From: Octopus sinensis
Lineage: Eukaryota
Assembly (NCBI RefSeq): GCF_006345805.1
Contig: NC_043003.1
Span: 55,118,001-55,182,000 of the forward strand
Length of the DNA stretch: 64,000 nucleotides
Direction of reading: 5' to 3'
Shown: positions 25,921 to 40,332 of the stretch, in pieces
How positions within the stretch are numbered: the stretch's first letter is position 1
Layout: each line of letters starts with the position of its first letter
Program-made: the position numbers and the translations under genes
The notes under the pieces: generated by a model
What the model was told of the DNA's origin: nothing
Databases searched by the model: none
The model's input: the letters and a program-made list of their open reading frames with translations, nothing else

Positions 25921-27560
25921 TTTTGACTCAAGTTTTGTATAACCGATTTGACTTATATATAGACAAAGGTACTCCAAGCATAACAATATTTTCTTTTGGT
26001 ACAGCAGAAGTGCCACTATTACATGTCTCCAATTTTATGACGATAAGATGTAATATGAGTGAGATCTGAGTGCAACCTCCAGCAGTTCATGCGACTGCAG
26101 AGAAGTTCACATTTCATTTTGATGCTCAATGATGAGAACATAAAAAATGCAAGTCCCGGATTAGAATAGTGAATATTTAATGAGATTCTCTGGCATCCAC
26201 TTAAGTGCAAGTATGATATAAATAATACCGCGATAAACTAAAATTTCGAACTATAGATATGATACCAGACTAACAGTCAAAATCATTGTCATAAGTTATG
26301 CACAGAAGGCGAACAAACAATAAAATAACTGTAAAAGAATTAGCAATAAAACAAATAGAGAAGGAAACGATTGACAATTACAATTAGTAAAATACCTGTT
26401 ATGTTTGAAACTTTCCGCTGACAATGGACAACGTTCCGAAATGTATCTCGACTATAAAATTTTGGCGTCATATGAATTATTTAAAATTGCGTTTTCATTG
26501 AAATTAATTATTTTTACCACAGACAATATGGAGTTTATTCTATTCTTCTTTGTTTATATTCTTTAATAATTACCCAGATCAATAGTCTACGCGTATTCTA
26601 ACACATTGAATAAATCATTTGTTATTTAATGTGTTTAACATTAAAATGCTAGAAATAAATATTCGGTGAATATAAAAAAAAAATATACATTAGTCAATGG
26701 CTGAAATTGGTTTTATTTTTCCGGCAAATACAGGAGACAGTACCCATCATATTTTGTTCTTTTACTACTCCATCGTAGAGATGTTCTTCCTATCGGGATT
26801 TGCTGAACTACTTATAAGAGAATGACGAAGTTGATAATCAAGATGGCTGACTAGTTAGAGTATAGTTACAAAAAGGATTGAAGATTAAGTGTTTCAAAGC
26901 AGCCTTGAACATGAAAATTATTTTCATGATAACATAAAATACATGATCTATTAAACATTTATCTGTAACTTCTGTTATGAATAAGCATTCATTAATAGCT
27001 AATATCAGGTTTAATGTGCGTAACAAAGTGCCGAACACACCAATGGGATTTATTTGGTCTCATGTTTTCTTCAATAACTAAAGTAAAAAGATGCAAGTCG
27101 AGAGCGTTTTACCGAGCAACAGTCGGAGTCTTCTAGAGTAATTCAAATACAGGGCAGGATTAGTAAAGGCATGAGACAATCTTACTGTCCCACCAAGCTT
27201 AGTACTGGGTAGGTAATTTCTCTTCGATTCGGAAAGGGTGACTGGTTAAATCAATCTTGACGATATATGAATTCATCCCTCAGAAAGTCAAAACCAATAC
27301 CACGCCACATTCCATTCTAGACATGTGCACGCATGTTAAGTTGTTTTGAGTAGACTAGTGGAATTAAAGAGGTTTACTCTTTATCTTAGAGTCAATGACC
27401 GCAGCATGCTGACTCGTCTTTAACTACATTCATTTGTTCGAAATTTCGACACGATTTTTTAGAACTATAATTTTTTCCCCGGATAAGTTCCTATAGATAA
27501 TTATGATCGCATCCAAATACTTTTTCTTCTACTTAGCTATACAGTTTATTTATTTATGCA

Positions 27561-27827
27561 CCCTTTTCAAGCCTGGACAGGCTCATGGGCCCATTTTCTC
27601 AGTTTCTATGATGTATGTGTTCCCCCAGCTGGACGGGACGCCAGACCATCGCAGCGTTACTCAAGAAACAGGAAGAAAGAGTGACAGAAATTTGGGACGA
27701 AAGGTTACAACAGGAGCCTTGTGGTATTTTCGCTCAATAAACATACACAACGCCCGGTCTGGGAATCGAAACCGCTATCCTCCGACCGCGAGTTCCTTGC
27801 CCTAACCACTGGGCCATTGCACCTCCA
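27561..27827 (-). mobile_element. tRNA-derived SINE (head H2 + tail T1)
   Basis: Minus strand TGGAGGTGCAATGGCCCAGTGGTTAGGGC...GGTTTCGATTCCCAGACC head. Tail is shared with 46177-46418. Confidence 0.8.
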
Positions 27828-28352
27828 TAGCTATACAGTACCGTGAGATAATTCCATATCCGCTGCAAAATCTAACTACAATGCTACTGATTATAGCAAT
27901 TAATTCAAATTGTATATATATCCATTGAGATGAATGACTGAGTGTCACTGAGACCGAAATCAGTGATGATCCAATAAACAAATGTATTTCTACGTATGTA
28001 GCTACGTATGCGTGTGTATGCACAAGTGTGTATGTACATATATCTACGCCGATCGAAATATTGGTGCTTCGGACACGAGAAATATATTTTTGATTTCCCC
28101 TACGACGTTAATTTAGTCGATATAATCGGCGAAATCCTCCAGCACGGTCAAAGAAATGAGATAATAAATATTACTGTTGCTATTATTTTTGAGATTTAGT
28201 TCCAACAACAATAAGTGAGCTGACCTATGATCAAGAAAATTCCATCCATATCCAGTCCAGCCATAACCATTCCTACTTTTTGAATTATGCAGAAAATGCA
28301 TGTCATGTTATCAAACATGTTCTATTTCAACTATTCAGCTGCTATTTCTTAC

Positions 28353-28418
28353 AGTTGGAGGATCCGCATATAAGTTCGCCCTTACACGTTGTATTAATGT
28401 AAGATGCAGCTTTGCTTC
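28353..28418 (-). CDS. Candidate 66-nt internal exon (xSKAASYINTTCKGELICGSSN or EAKLHLTLIQRVRANLYADPPT)
   Basis: Acceptor ...ccctcccacacAG, donor ACT|GTAAGA, two frames open. A plus-strand exon (28355-28430) is equally drawable, so the call is ambiguous. Confidence 0.2.
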
Positions 28419-30789
28419 CTGTGTGGGAGGGTAAGCGAAGCGAAATATGAATGTTTTGCTTACTCATAGCCTCAACGTATTCACGCTGTAAATAATAGCT
28501 CTGATAGTGATAGCATTTACCAGGTTCACTTGCTTACGACATATTATACTGAGACAATGTCTTCAATGGTTACAAAAGAAAGGGAAATTCGACGACATCT
28601 TTGCTTTCTTTTCTTTTTTTTAGTTTTGCAAATCTAATTTTCTTATGTAGATATCATTTCGAATCTCTGTGTTATAATGATATAGTCTCTAAGAAATAGC
28701 CCAAGGGAACGAGGAAGAAAATCTCTTCACCAGACATTCTGGGGTTAAATTAATAATACGTTCTAATACTGGCACCAGAAGCTAGAAATTTCGAGATATG
28801 AGATAGTCGAATGTATGTTCTTCCACCAGGGGTGCATATTCTAGGTGTATTAAGTTAGCATCTCTCACACGCCAATGATGGTAAATTTTCTTTAAAATAA
28901 TTTTATTATTGCAGTATCGTGTTATGCTCTAGATGTAATTTGTTTTCCAATCTAACAATACACACAAACACAGACAAAGTTTAAGTCGGGTTGAATTCGT
29001 ACTATAGAGAAATGGCCTAAAGTTTATGTGTGTATACTGTTATCAGGGTAGTAGGTTCAATACTGAATAACCCCCTGAGAACCATACACCACAGCTTTTT
29101 AATCACGGTATCTAACTTCTACACCTCCTTTTTCTATGCTGTACTGAATATTGTGTACTCCTCGAACGGTTTCAGTAGCATATAACTTCTGTTTTGTCTA
29201 TGAAGTTATTTTGTTCATAGACACTTATTGAAGTCTTCTCTATTGTTGGACATAGGACACTGAAATTCCCCACCCCTCGGCTCTTCACCCCACACAGCAT
29301 GACTGATTTCGAGAAAGTGAGTGAGAGAAAGAGAACACGCGCACACGAGAGAGAGGGAGAGAAAGGGAGAGAGAAAGAAAAAGAAGTGTCTCTATAATCT
29401 TTCTTATTTTATGTATTGATGACGCAAACAAAAATGGAAATTTCATTTCGCTTGGAAGTTGGACACAGGGAGCAGACAGTAGGATTCTAACCTCAGAAAT
29501 AATGCCATTATTTTTCCGACCTCAAGATAACGGAAGAAATATTGAACACATTCGTCAGAGAATTTAACTATCGATGGCTTAGGTCTTATTGTAAAAAGGA
29601 ACTATGAATAATTACACCTTACTGCGCTTAACATCTGGTGCGCTAAAAAATATTTCACCCTAAATTTCCCATTGGGTTACTGGTAAATATTCTCTAATAT
29701 TGACGAGAGCTCGATTAATCTGGAGGTTTTAGTAATTCTTGGTGCTGAGTTCAAAATATGCAATGCCATAAATTCGGATATTGTACTGGCAGTTTCAAAA
29801 GACAGATTGGAAACATGAGATAAAGATAGTGGTGTTATGGCTCCGGCCTGATGAAATTGACGTCGATTTACTGTTTGATGATTTGCAGAATACATCACAG
29901 CCAGACAGTTAACTCTTCAGAAGATGTTTCGATAACAATAATTGACAATTTCCCGCATATTGTAATTATAGTTTTTAATTCCGTCAAAAAAATTTAGCAA
30001 AAAGATATATTTACTTATTTACAAGACTTGCCAAGGTAATGAGATTTAAAATTACTTACATCAAGAAATGTAATTAGCTGCCAGAAAATTGCAGGTTATC
30101 TTCGATTTTTATATATTTTTTCTCTCATATATTTTCTATTTGACTTAGGTAATGATTTACATACATCGCTATAATGCTGTCTGTGGTAGATTGGCTGTTA
30201 AAGATATTCTGAATGTCTACAGTAATGTGAGAGTAGTATCGATCTATTATAGTATCTTGAAGTTTTCCTTCATTCTGGAGTATTTCGTTTTGTAGAGGAC
30301 AGAACTATTACAGCATTCTATAATGCTCTGTTGTATTGTTGGTCATTGAGTATTTGGTACAGAAACAAGATTTGTTAGTATTTTGTACATAAAAAAAAAT
30401 GAAGATTTGTGTATATCGTAGATCGCCGATATAAAAGGTACAAGGCTTGATATAGAAGGTACAAGGCTTGATATAAAACGTAGAATATTTTGTAAGTTTA
30501 ATAATAAATAGCGTATTTTCTAAGACTGCAACATATACAAGAAATGGTTTCTGACATTTTTGTATTGCCCAGTAATTATTATTACCCACTGAGACTATAT
30601 AGTATTTCGTAGCCAATTTTTATTACCCAGCCTGGAATAATTTGTAGCACGGGGCCGTAACAGTTTTTTCCCGTTTTATTGCTTGGCAATAGAAAGTATT
30701 TTGCATGTATGTATGTATGTATGTATGTATGTATGTATGTATGTATGTATGTATGTATGTATGTATGTGTGTATGTCTTCTGTTTTTAG

Positions 30790-31431
30790 TTTATTTGATT
30801 TCTTCTGTTGATGAATGCTCCATACAAAGCGCCATTGATGGAATGAAAATAACGAATACAGTCACAAGTATTGCATATCTTTAATGTTCCACTTACAAAT
30901 TGTATTTGTAGTGTGCGAGTTAGTGGGTTGATTTCCTGTACTGAAAATCCATACTTATGAAGAATGTCAGTGAGGCATTTCCTCACAATATTAAGTTCAG
31001 AAATTTTTATCGGTACAAATGTAAATTTCTAATCAGGATATAGAAGCTGGAGGTTTCGATTCAGTTGTCCATAGTTATCCTATTTCTCTTTGCTTTTCAA
31101 AGAGATATCAGCATCAACAGGACAGCTGATCTCTCTGATGATACATATTTTTATTGGATATTGCTGTCCAAACAGCAATATCCAGTCTGTTCTTCTCACA
31201 ATTGACACATCTTTTAATGGGAATGTCCCACCAGTATTCCTGTTGTTGATGTGTGCCTACGTATTCGATAACAGCGAGTCTCTTTATTCCAGGACAATCT
31301 TTTTATTGAAAAGCATTGTAAATCGTTTCTTGCAACAACATCGTGTCAAACAGTGAGTTAGTACCTCGTCGACATATTTGAACAGCTGCTAAACACATGT
31401 GAGGTGTCTTCCACGGAAATATAACACAAGG
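30790..31431 (-). mobile_element. RLE-clade LINE 3' portion (CCHC knuckle + restriction-like endonuclease), decayed
   Basis: TLCYISVEDTSHVFSSC (CCHC), HDVVA, EYWWDIPIK...NRLDIAVW, and RKCLTDILHKYGFS..EINPLTRTLQIQFVSGTLKIC. Ends next to (ATGT)n at 30708-30770. Confidence 0.75.
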
Positions 31432-31433
31432 TA

Positions 31434-32476
31434 TTGAGTCATCCCATTAATAATGCAGTCTTTTCAATTGCGTGAACTAAAAGTCGGAGGGAAACGTGAT
31501 GAACTACCTGCACCAAATTCCTATGAAAGCAGGTAGTAATTTTACTATGTACTTATTCTTAGTGCAAGTTTTAAAGAGTGCAGTTCGATTTTAACAGTTA
31601 ATTTTTCAATGCCATAATGGAAGTAGCAAAGGAGCATATTCGGCATATTTCGCTTTATGAGTTCAATAAAGGCAACAACGCAATGGAAAATGCGAGGAAT
31701 ATTAGTGCAGAATATGGGATCGGAAGCCAGTGCCAATGGTAGTTCCAGAAATTCCGAGCTGGAAACTACAGTCTAGAAGACGAGTCTCGTCGAGGAAGAT
31801 CTTTAGAACTCGACAAGGCCGTTCTGCAATCCCTGATGGAACAAAATCCCATCGTAACTGTTGCAGAACTAGCAGAGAAGCTTGAATTGGCCATTCAGCC
31901 ATTCATCGACACCAGCGCTGGAGGTAAAATGACTATCTTTGGTTTCACGATGAACAGTGTTCTTTCATCGGGATAATACATGGCCACATATAGCAGGAAT
32001 GACATCCCAAATGCTGGAACAGTTTGAATGGGAACCGATGCCCCCTGCTACCATATTCCCCTGATATTGCCCCATCTGATTATCATTTATTCCACAGTCT
32101 TCAAAATCATTTGGACGGAGAAAAATTATGAATTCTGTAGACGAAGTACTGGCTGAGTATTTTTCGTCACAGAAAAGTGAATTTTGGAAGAGGGGCCTTT
32201 CAATTCTATCAGTTAGATGGAAGAGCATTGTAGAAAATGAAGGAGAGTGTATTTCAGGTTAAAATGAACAGTTACGATGGGATTTTGTTCCATCAGGGAT
32301 AGAAGAAAGTCCTCGTCGATTTTTAAAGATCTTCAAGTACGAGGCTCGTCTTCTAAACTGTAGTTTCCAGCTCGGAATTTCTAGAACCACCGTTGGTACT
32401 GGCTTACGCTTATTGTCCTATCTCATATTCTGTACTAATATTTCGGGAAAAAAGTATTAAAAACCGCATTATTTAA
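31434..32476 (+). mobile_element. Internally deleted, rearranged mariner nested in the RLE LINE
   Basis: Left TIR TTGAGTCATCCCATTAATAATGCAGTCTTTT after TA at 31432-33. Translation MEVAKEHIRH...YEFNKG...EDESRRGRS and ...PSDYHLFHSLQNHLDG...RWKSIVENEGE. Partial right TIR AAAACCGCATTATTTA at 32460-32476. Confidence 0.85.
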
Positions 32477-32700
32477 TTTCAAGCACCTGTTTTTCGATTG
32501 CAAATGCATAGCTTTCGAAGTGGGATGAGATGTAGCAGTCACGAGTCCAAGAGAGTCTTCGCTTCGTATCAATATTGCTGACTGCAAGACTTCGGTAAAC
32601 AGACCAATGCAATTTTTATCATGGTATGCTGAGTTTCGTATATATGAGACATTTATGTAGCACCGATATGTCAAAAGTATCATAAACGCTGCACCCCATG
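32477..32700 (-). mobile_element. Upstream continuation of the RLE LINE interrupted by the mariner
   Basis: KLHWSVYRSLAVSNIDTKRRLSWTRDCYISSHFESYAFAIEKQ, the HG...W...E...AIQEQ segment that precedes the CCHC knuckle in RLE LINEs. Confidence 0.65.
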
Positions 32701-33362
32701 CCAAAATTCTGTTGCAGGTTATAACAATACCACAGTTTTCGGTAAATTATTAAACATGCGTTGCCCCTGTTTCTTGGCGCTGGCTGTCGTAGTAAACCCC
32801 ACACATACAGGCACATCGCACACACGTATGTTGCATCAAGATTCCGTTCCGCCCCTGTGCCAATGCACATTTCCCTCACTCCTTAGAACATCGATTGCCT
32901 TCGGAATACTCTCTTGCTTCATGCCGACGCTGACCAGCAACATTTGAAACGGAACATAAGTGGCTTGAAGCTCACAAGCCTTGGAGAGCCTCCAAAAGTC
33001 TTAAGCACACAACATTATATGGAACTTAGCAAATATATGAACAACAAAAGAACAATATTAATGTCTCGAATGGTAACTCATTAAATGTCGAGTTATTGGT
33101 GTTATACTATTTTGTCAATCATCTATGTTCTAAGTTTTAATATCCATAACTTTGACTTAGGATGCCATAGCTCCAGGAACCGTAATATTCTGATGTAGAT
33201 TTATAAAATCTGAAGAAAAAAATGTTGTATATATTTGAGATTTATACGAAATATACTAAATATCTAGTACGGTTATTGCACAGTTAATGTTGATTTAGCT
33301 ACTTGATTTTAAAAAGAAAAACAAGAACAAAAGCAAATATATGAATATTTTTTCATTCCTAC

Positions 33363-33542
33363 CTGCGTACAATATCTAATTCTACATTTAGATACATCAC
33401 TACTTCAAACTTTTCAGGTGCAGAGATAGGAAAGACTCCACCCCACTGCCCTGTTATATCTGTATACCATGTGTCAACCCGAAGGGTTTCTCCAATATCG
33501 AATGGGTTTTCATTGAAATAGCCCCTCCGTAAAAATCTTGAC
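33363..33542 (-). CDS. Candidate 180-nt exon or coding remnant (SRFLRRGYFNENPFDIGETLRVDTWYTDITGQWGGVFPISAPEKFEVVMYLNVELDIVR)
   Basis: Protein-like open frame ending at donor CAG|GTAGGA, followed by AT-rich intron-like sequence. Acceptor is uncertain (33542 or 33556). Could instead be a retroelement fossil. Confidence 0.3.
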
Positions 33543-35617
33543 CTAGCAACCGCCAGCTGTATCAACATGACAGACACATACTCCGCCGACCTATAGTATC
33601 CACCAACAAGACTAATAAACGAACATAGTATTGCTCTGTCAAGGAATTTCAAACCACAAGCAACCGAAAATCCAGATATACCACCTTAAGATTTCATACT
33701 CTATAAAACAAAGCACATCACTTAACCACACACATCCGTTTAGATTACATCCCCATCCATGCTGACAGTTCAACCTAATATACCAAAGGTTAATCCTTCA
33801 CCCCTAATCTGGTTAATCTTACGGAAAGTCCGTCAGCACTATTTTAGTCCACCGCTAACCAGAGAAAACAGGCATTTTGCCATGTTTAGCACAAAATGCA
33901 TCGAACATATATCGAGAAATAAACAATATCATCCGCTCCAGACATAATGGTGGCAGGCTGCCCACTACATCATGTCTGACTATGTGAAACTGGGGAGAAG
34001 ATTAGCACATTACATAACACCATATGATCTGAGTTGACCAATTCAGGCCTCACGCGTTGAAAACATTATGAATCTATCTCATTCACTGTTATTTTATCTC
34101 CATATGTCTGACATTCAGTAAGAGTACTCTAGAGTAAAGAATATTTGCCAACATATTATTATTATTTAGCCTCAAGAAACATCGTCCTCAACTGGCTATC
34201 GACACACTATCTGCGTCATTATATTTTCGAACTAGGAATCTTAGTGACCCAACACAGCTCAGAGCAATATTTGTGTACCAATGATTTCTGGGTTATTTTC
34301 CTTCGTCAGCAGGAAATGAACTTTCTTATCTTCCATTTTAAAGGGTTACAGACTTAACACAGGTTATAGGCACATAAATCTTCTTCCAAGAAAAGATAGC
34401 TTAAACTGTGCTCTAAATGGAGTTGTAGTGAAATCCTATTTTATGGACTCAACCATTTTCTAAAATAAGTCGAAAGGTAAGCTACTATAAATCGGCACGA
34501 ACTTTCCGGACAACCCAATATTTATGAGATCAGTGAGTGTGTTACTTTGAAAAGCATATATTTCGAACACGAATTTTATGGCACCAAATACTGTTCTGTA
34601 ATATTAAAGATACAACTAGGCAGCCGCCATGCGATCGCACAATACGCTCTAACTTGCAATCAATCATCTCTCAAGTTGCACAGCTATTACGCACTGACTT
34701 ATTTTAATCATCCGATCTACAAATGGGCTTCGCCTTGTCAGGCACTTGCCCTCAAAGACCTCACAAAATCATTAGTTGTCAGGGTATTTAAATCACGAAT
34801 TTTCTCTCTGGGTAGGCATAAAAATAGATACGAATGAGTACTTTTCTATTTCCATGTGTTTGAAAAATGCTCTTCAAAATTAATGTACACATATCTCATG
34901 TTGCAAAACCAATATTTTTTTTGATGCTGTAGATTTAAATTATCATCATTCGATGAGAAAACGATGAGATGATCATGGCTGGAAGTATTTTGATCTACAA
35001 TTTACCCAGGCAGACTTACGCTATGAATTAAAGGAAGAGAAAAGAAAGAAAAAATTTTAAAACACTAACAATATCACAAATATATTTGTGATATAAAGTG
35101 AACACGAAACCGGCGAATCGGTGCAGGTTTCTTGGTTCAGACACTGAAATATCATTAGACTTTTTTTAGCTAATCTATCAATGTCATACACGAAGAAAAC
35201 TTATAGTTTCAACAGTGAAAACTTTTTTCCTGAGAAAGAAGTTAGGCTGGGCGATTTTTACATCGTGTACATGCATCATTGTCATAATTCTCATTTCAGC
35301 AAAATGGACTAATTATTATTTGCAATTCCCCCATGCGGCGTTCAACCATCTATGAAAAACAGCGCTTACATACGTGCACATACGCGTATACACCAATTTA
35401 CAAACCATCACATATATTATATATATATATACACGGATATGTATATATATGTATACATATATATATATGTATATATATACATATATATAAATACATATGT
35501 ATATATGCATATATACATACATATATATATATATATGCATATGTATATATGTATATGCTTATATATATGTGTACATATATATATATATATATGTAGGTAC
35601 GAATGTATGTATTTATG

Positions 35618-35652
<35 letters not shown>

Positions 35653-35678
35653 TTGTGTGTGTGTTTGTGTGTGCGTGC

Positions 35679-35725
<47 letters not shown>

Positions 35726-36649
35726 TATATATATATATATAATATCTGTGTGTTTATGTGTGCTTCTACATATAAATATATATACACATATATACATACA
35801 TATAAACCTATATGTATGCATATATGTATGTGTATATATACAAACATACATAGATGCATACATATATTCATTCAGACATAGCTACATAGAAACATAGACA
35901 TATAAACGTATACATACATACATACCCACGTACATACATATATACATGGACAAACATAAATATTAACATATATATACGTATATCGAGTCGTCTAAGTAAG
36001 AATATCAATCATATCCATAAAGTGTAACAACACATTTCTAAAGTGATATAACACACACACTGAATAAACAAATACAGACATTCCAGGCAAACGTTTGGTT
36101 TGAATGAAAGAAATGCCGTGAGCTAAAAGGCTGGTTTAGATTCTGCTCCCAAATTTCTCATTCCTATTCCCTATATGCTCACCCTCTCTCCTTCTGTCTC
36201 TTTCTCTCTCTTTCTCTCTCTTTCTCTTCTCTCTCTCTCTCTCTCTCTCAGTCTCTCTCTCTTTCTCCCTTTCTCTCTCGCTCTGTCATCCGTATTCTTT
36301 CTTCATCTCATTGGCTATATATATGAACACACACATCTATCCACATCTAGGTAAATGCAATATACATACGTTAACACGTATTTCTCTGTGAAGATGCGTT
36401 GTTTATATATATATATATATGTGTGTGTGTATGTGTATGTATGTATGTATATGTTGCTAACTACGCACATTTATATGCATCTATTTATATACATATATCA
36501 CATTTATGCATGTATGTATGTGAATAGACATGATATATATTTGCATATCTATTTATCTATCTGTATACATACATGTGTGTGTGTGTGTTTTTGTATTTCT
36601 GTATCAATTGAAAAACAATGGCGTATTCAAGTGGATTGTTGAAATTCTG

Positions 36650-36713
<64 letters not shown>

Positions 36714-37379
36714 ATATATATGTATATATATATTGGATTAAAATTATATATATATATATATATACATACACCCCCCCATATATATAGATAGATAGATAGA
36801 TAAATAAATAGATAGAAATGTAGCTAGATAGATACTCACACACACATACATACATACACACAACTAAACTCTACCCTCTCACACACACACACACATATAT
36901 ATAGATGTATATATGTATGTATTTATGTGTGTAAACATGTGTTCGGATAGAGAAACAGAAAGTAAGAGAGAGAGAGAGACTGAAAGAGATAGGGAGGGAG
37001 TGAGAGACAATGAGGAAATTTATTTGGGTGAGAAAGAAGACAGAGAATAGACTTGTTCATGAGTATGCGAGCTGATACCTAGAAACTAGATCTGCGTTTT
37101 GAGAGATTCTGGCTGTTCTCAAAGCAATAACACATGTCAGACACAAGAAAACAGATAGAAACTTTGACCCCAGAGAATGATGCTAGAACACTTTGTTTAT
37201 AGAATGATATTATATCGTTACACATTTCTTTCTTATGTTTTGTAATACCAAGCACAACATGTATGGAAGGCAAGACCGGACAAAATCTTAAACAGTGTAT
37301 GTGTGTATACAATATTATGATAAACTGTCGTATGCCCAAATTTGGCTAAATGCAGTTCTTCCAATATTTATTTCTGCTT

Positions 37380-37778
37380 AAGGCGGCGAGCTGGCAGAGA
37401 CGTTAGCGCGCTGGGCGAAATGCTTAGCGGTATTTCGTCTGCCGCTACGTTCTGAGTTCAAATTCCGCCGAGGTCGACTATGCCTTTCATCCTTTCGGGG
37501 CCGATTAAATAAGTATTAGTTATGAACTGGGGTTCATATAATCGACTTAATCCGTTTGTCTGTCCTTGTTTGTACCTTCTGTGTTTAGCTCTTTGTGTGT
37601 AGTAAAGAAATAGGTATTTTGTCTGTCTTTATGTTCTGAGTTCAAATTCCACCGAGGTCGTCTTTGCCTTTCATCCTTTCGGGGTCGATATATTAAGTAC
37701 CAATTGTGTACTGGGGTCGATCTAAACAGCTGTCACCTCTGCCCCCAATTTTCGGGATTTGTGCCTAGAGTAGAAGAG
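37380..37778 (+). mobile_element. Dimeric SINE with a 17-bp target-site duplication
   Basis: The unit TTCTGAGTTCAAATTCC(G/A)CCGAGGTCG...TGCCTTTCATCCTTTCGGGG occurs twice (~37451 and ~37634). TSD AATATTTATTT(C/T)TGCTT at 37363-37379 and 37779-37795. Confidence 0.85.
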
Positions 37779-38558
37779 AATATTTATTTTTGCTTGCAAT
37801 AGCCTGTACTTTTGGTTAAACTATCGTATCTCCAGCTGCCTCGGAGGCTCAATTATCAAAAATTATCAAATCAAAGTGTATTACAACGGTTTTCCTAAGG
37901 AAAAGTGAAACTATATTTTTCGTTTTCTGAATAAGTAATGTTTTGGACTTACGACACTTTTGCATAATAGCAACGATATGCAGACTTACATCTATGAATT
38001 ACAAATACATATGCATGTAAACATATATGCATTCTAATGTATATGCACACACGCACGTACGCGCACATGCGCGCACACACACGCGCACACACATACATAT
38101 GTATAAAAGTGTATGCATATACATATGGACATATACGGATATATATCTAATATATATACTACTTCCTTTTCCTTCGTTCTGATTTTCTATCTGTCCTCAT
38201 ATCTGCAGGCCTACAGGCCATTTTCATTTTATATTGCGTGACCCGATATATAGCTTTATTTCGGACGCATGATTTTGTTTGTTGTATTTATATATCTCAT
38301 TCTGTTGTGTCGTTTTTCCTAAATTTTCTCTGCGTTCGTTAGATATTCCACTGGCACATCCAAGACTAAACGATACCAACGTTAAAGGCGCGAAATTGTA
38401 ACGAATATTTGGCCGTTGACTGATGAGGAATTAGCTACGAATTTTGCGATTGTTATATTGTTGTAAAGCTTGCCGTTTGTTGTGCCTTTGCTAATTTATA
38501 TATATATATATATAATAGTTAAACAGGACGTCAAACATTAAGGCAAGGCATATATATA

Positions 38559-38589
<31 letters not shown>

Positions 38590-40332
38590 GGCAGAAAGTG
38601 AGAGAGAGAGGGACAGATACTCCTAAGTTCACTGTTCAACCGTGTTAAGGTTTTCGAAAGTGCTAGTATAGTATGTCGGAGAGTTGTCAAACGCTGCTAT
38701 TATTTCGTGAGGACGGCCGTGTTTGTAAAGTATATTCTAAATTTATCAGATGCATAGAAACTATTGTCTGGCAGAAGGAGGATATCAGGTACAAGAGTTA
38801 CTTGATGAGGAGGAGGCTGTTCAGTTATCGGAGCGTGTGGAATATGCATGTGTTCAGATGATACCATCTATAATGGGGATACAATGCTCACTACATTATC
38901 CAATTAAGTATCAGGTTTGTAAACCCTATGGGTAGGATTGGCTGACCAACCCAGCGCGCCAATTGCACGTCATGTGCGATTATTGTTGTTGTTGTTGTTG
39001 TTGAAGGTAAGGTTGTGTTGAAGAATCTCTTTCTTTTATAAATATGAACCTGTGAAAACATCATACAATCGTTAAGGTAAAGGTAACATTATCGAGTAAG
39101 CAATAACTTTTCCACAGTATTTGCCAGTTAGTTTGGAGTACTTGTTTATTTCTGTCTGTTTGGAGTCATTAATTTTTCTTGATAGGTATCAATCATAAAG
39201 CAGCTTCTACTCTATAATTCAAATTTATTCTCCTTATGCTGCGCAACTGGGGACCAGCAACTAAATTATATAATATTTGTATATAGCACAGACTAGCGTA
39301 TTCGATTTTGTTTCCGAAGAGAGACCGATGCACGACATTCATAGGTAGAAAATAGAACGATCTACGTATCTGCCGCTCTTGTGAATAATTTCGTATGTGC
39401 TCTTTCTGAAGTATATAGGTTTTTCTAACACTATACATCAGTTATTGGACAATTACGGAACAAAAGAAAAACCCTCAGTTCTGGCGTTTTAACAGCACAC
39501 ATACGTTTATTATGTTGTAATTGATAATGTATACATACATGCATATAACACATAAATACATTCATATATGACTTAGTAATTCGGCAAAAGACATTCCGAT
39601 GGAATAAGAACCAAGCTTTACAAGAAAAGCGTACTGAAGTCGATACACTGTCTTAAAAAGTCAAAGTATGGCTTCAGCACGACCATAGTGAAACAAATAC
39701 AACATATAAGATAATACACATATGTATGTAACAACATCTGTAACAACATAAGTGCATGCATTTAGACATCCATTTACAACCAATGAATTGCAGAAAATAA
39801 ATTCACAAAATCAACACCTTTGTATGACTGGCATGTATTCAATCTAGTTTTGTCAAGGTTATCATATCGTTATGGAGTTCATGGGTGTTTCTGCATAACC
39901 AAAAAATGAATGAAATATAGACTTTCAAAACAGTGGAAATATATTGTAATTCTATTCTAGTGAAGGTGTTGTGGGACCTAATTCAGTACTATCGATCAAC
40001 TCGTATTTATACTGTATCTATCACCGACCAAATACCGGTCAGAATAATTCCATCGGACAAAAGTATGTATATATACTACAAAGTAATATAATATAATGCA
40101 ACATAGTAAATTTTATTTATGATATACAACAAATAAAATAGAATCACATTTATATGTGATATATGAAAGTGTGTATATTATATAATATACGGGCCAGTAT
40201 GACATATGTAGGCATACGCAAGCATATGTACACTTTGATCGTGAGAAGGTAAATATATATGCGAGTTTGAATGTATATGAATATATACATACATACATAC
40301 ATACAAATATATATATATATATATATATAAGT

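Noticed and set aside
30429-30480. 21-bp tandem duplication GATATA(A/G)AAGGTACAAGGCTT, about 2.5 copies
   Set aside because: Simple local duplication with no spacers, so not CRISPR-like.
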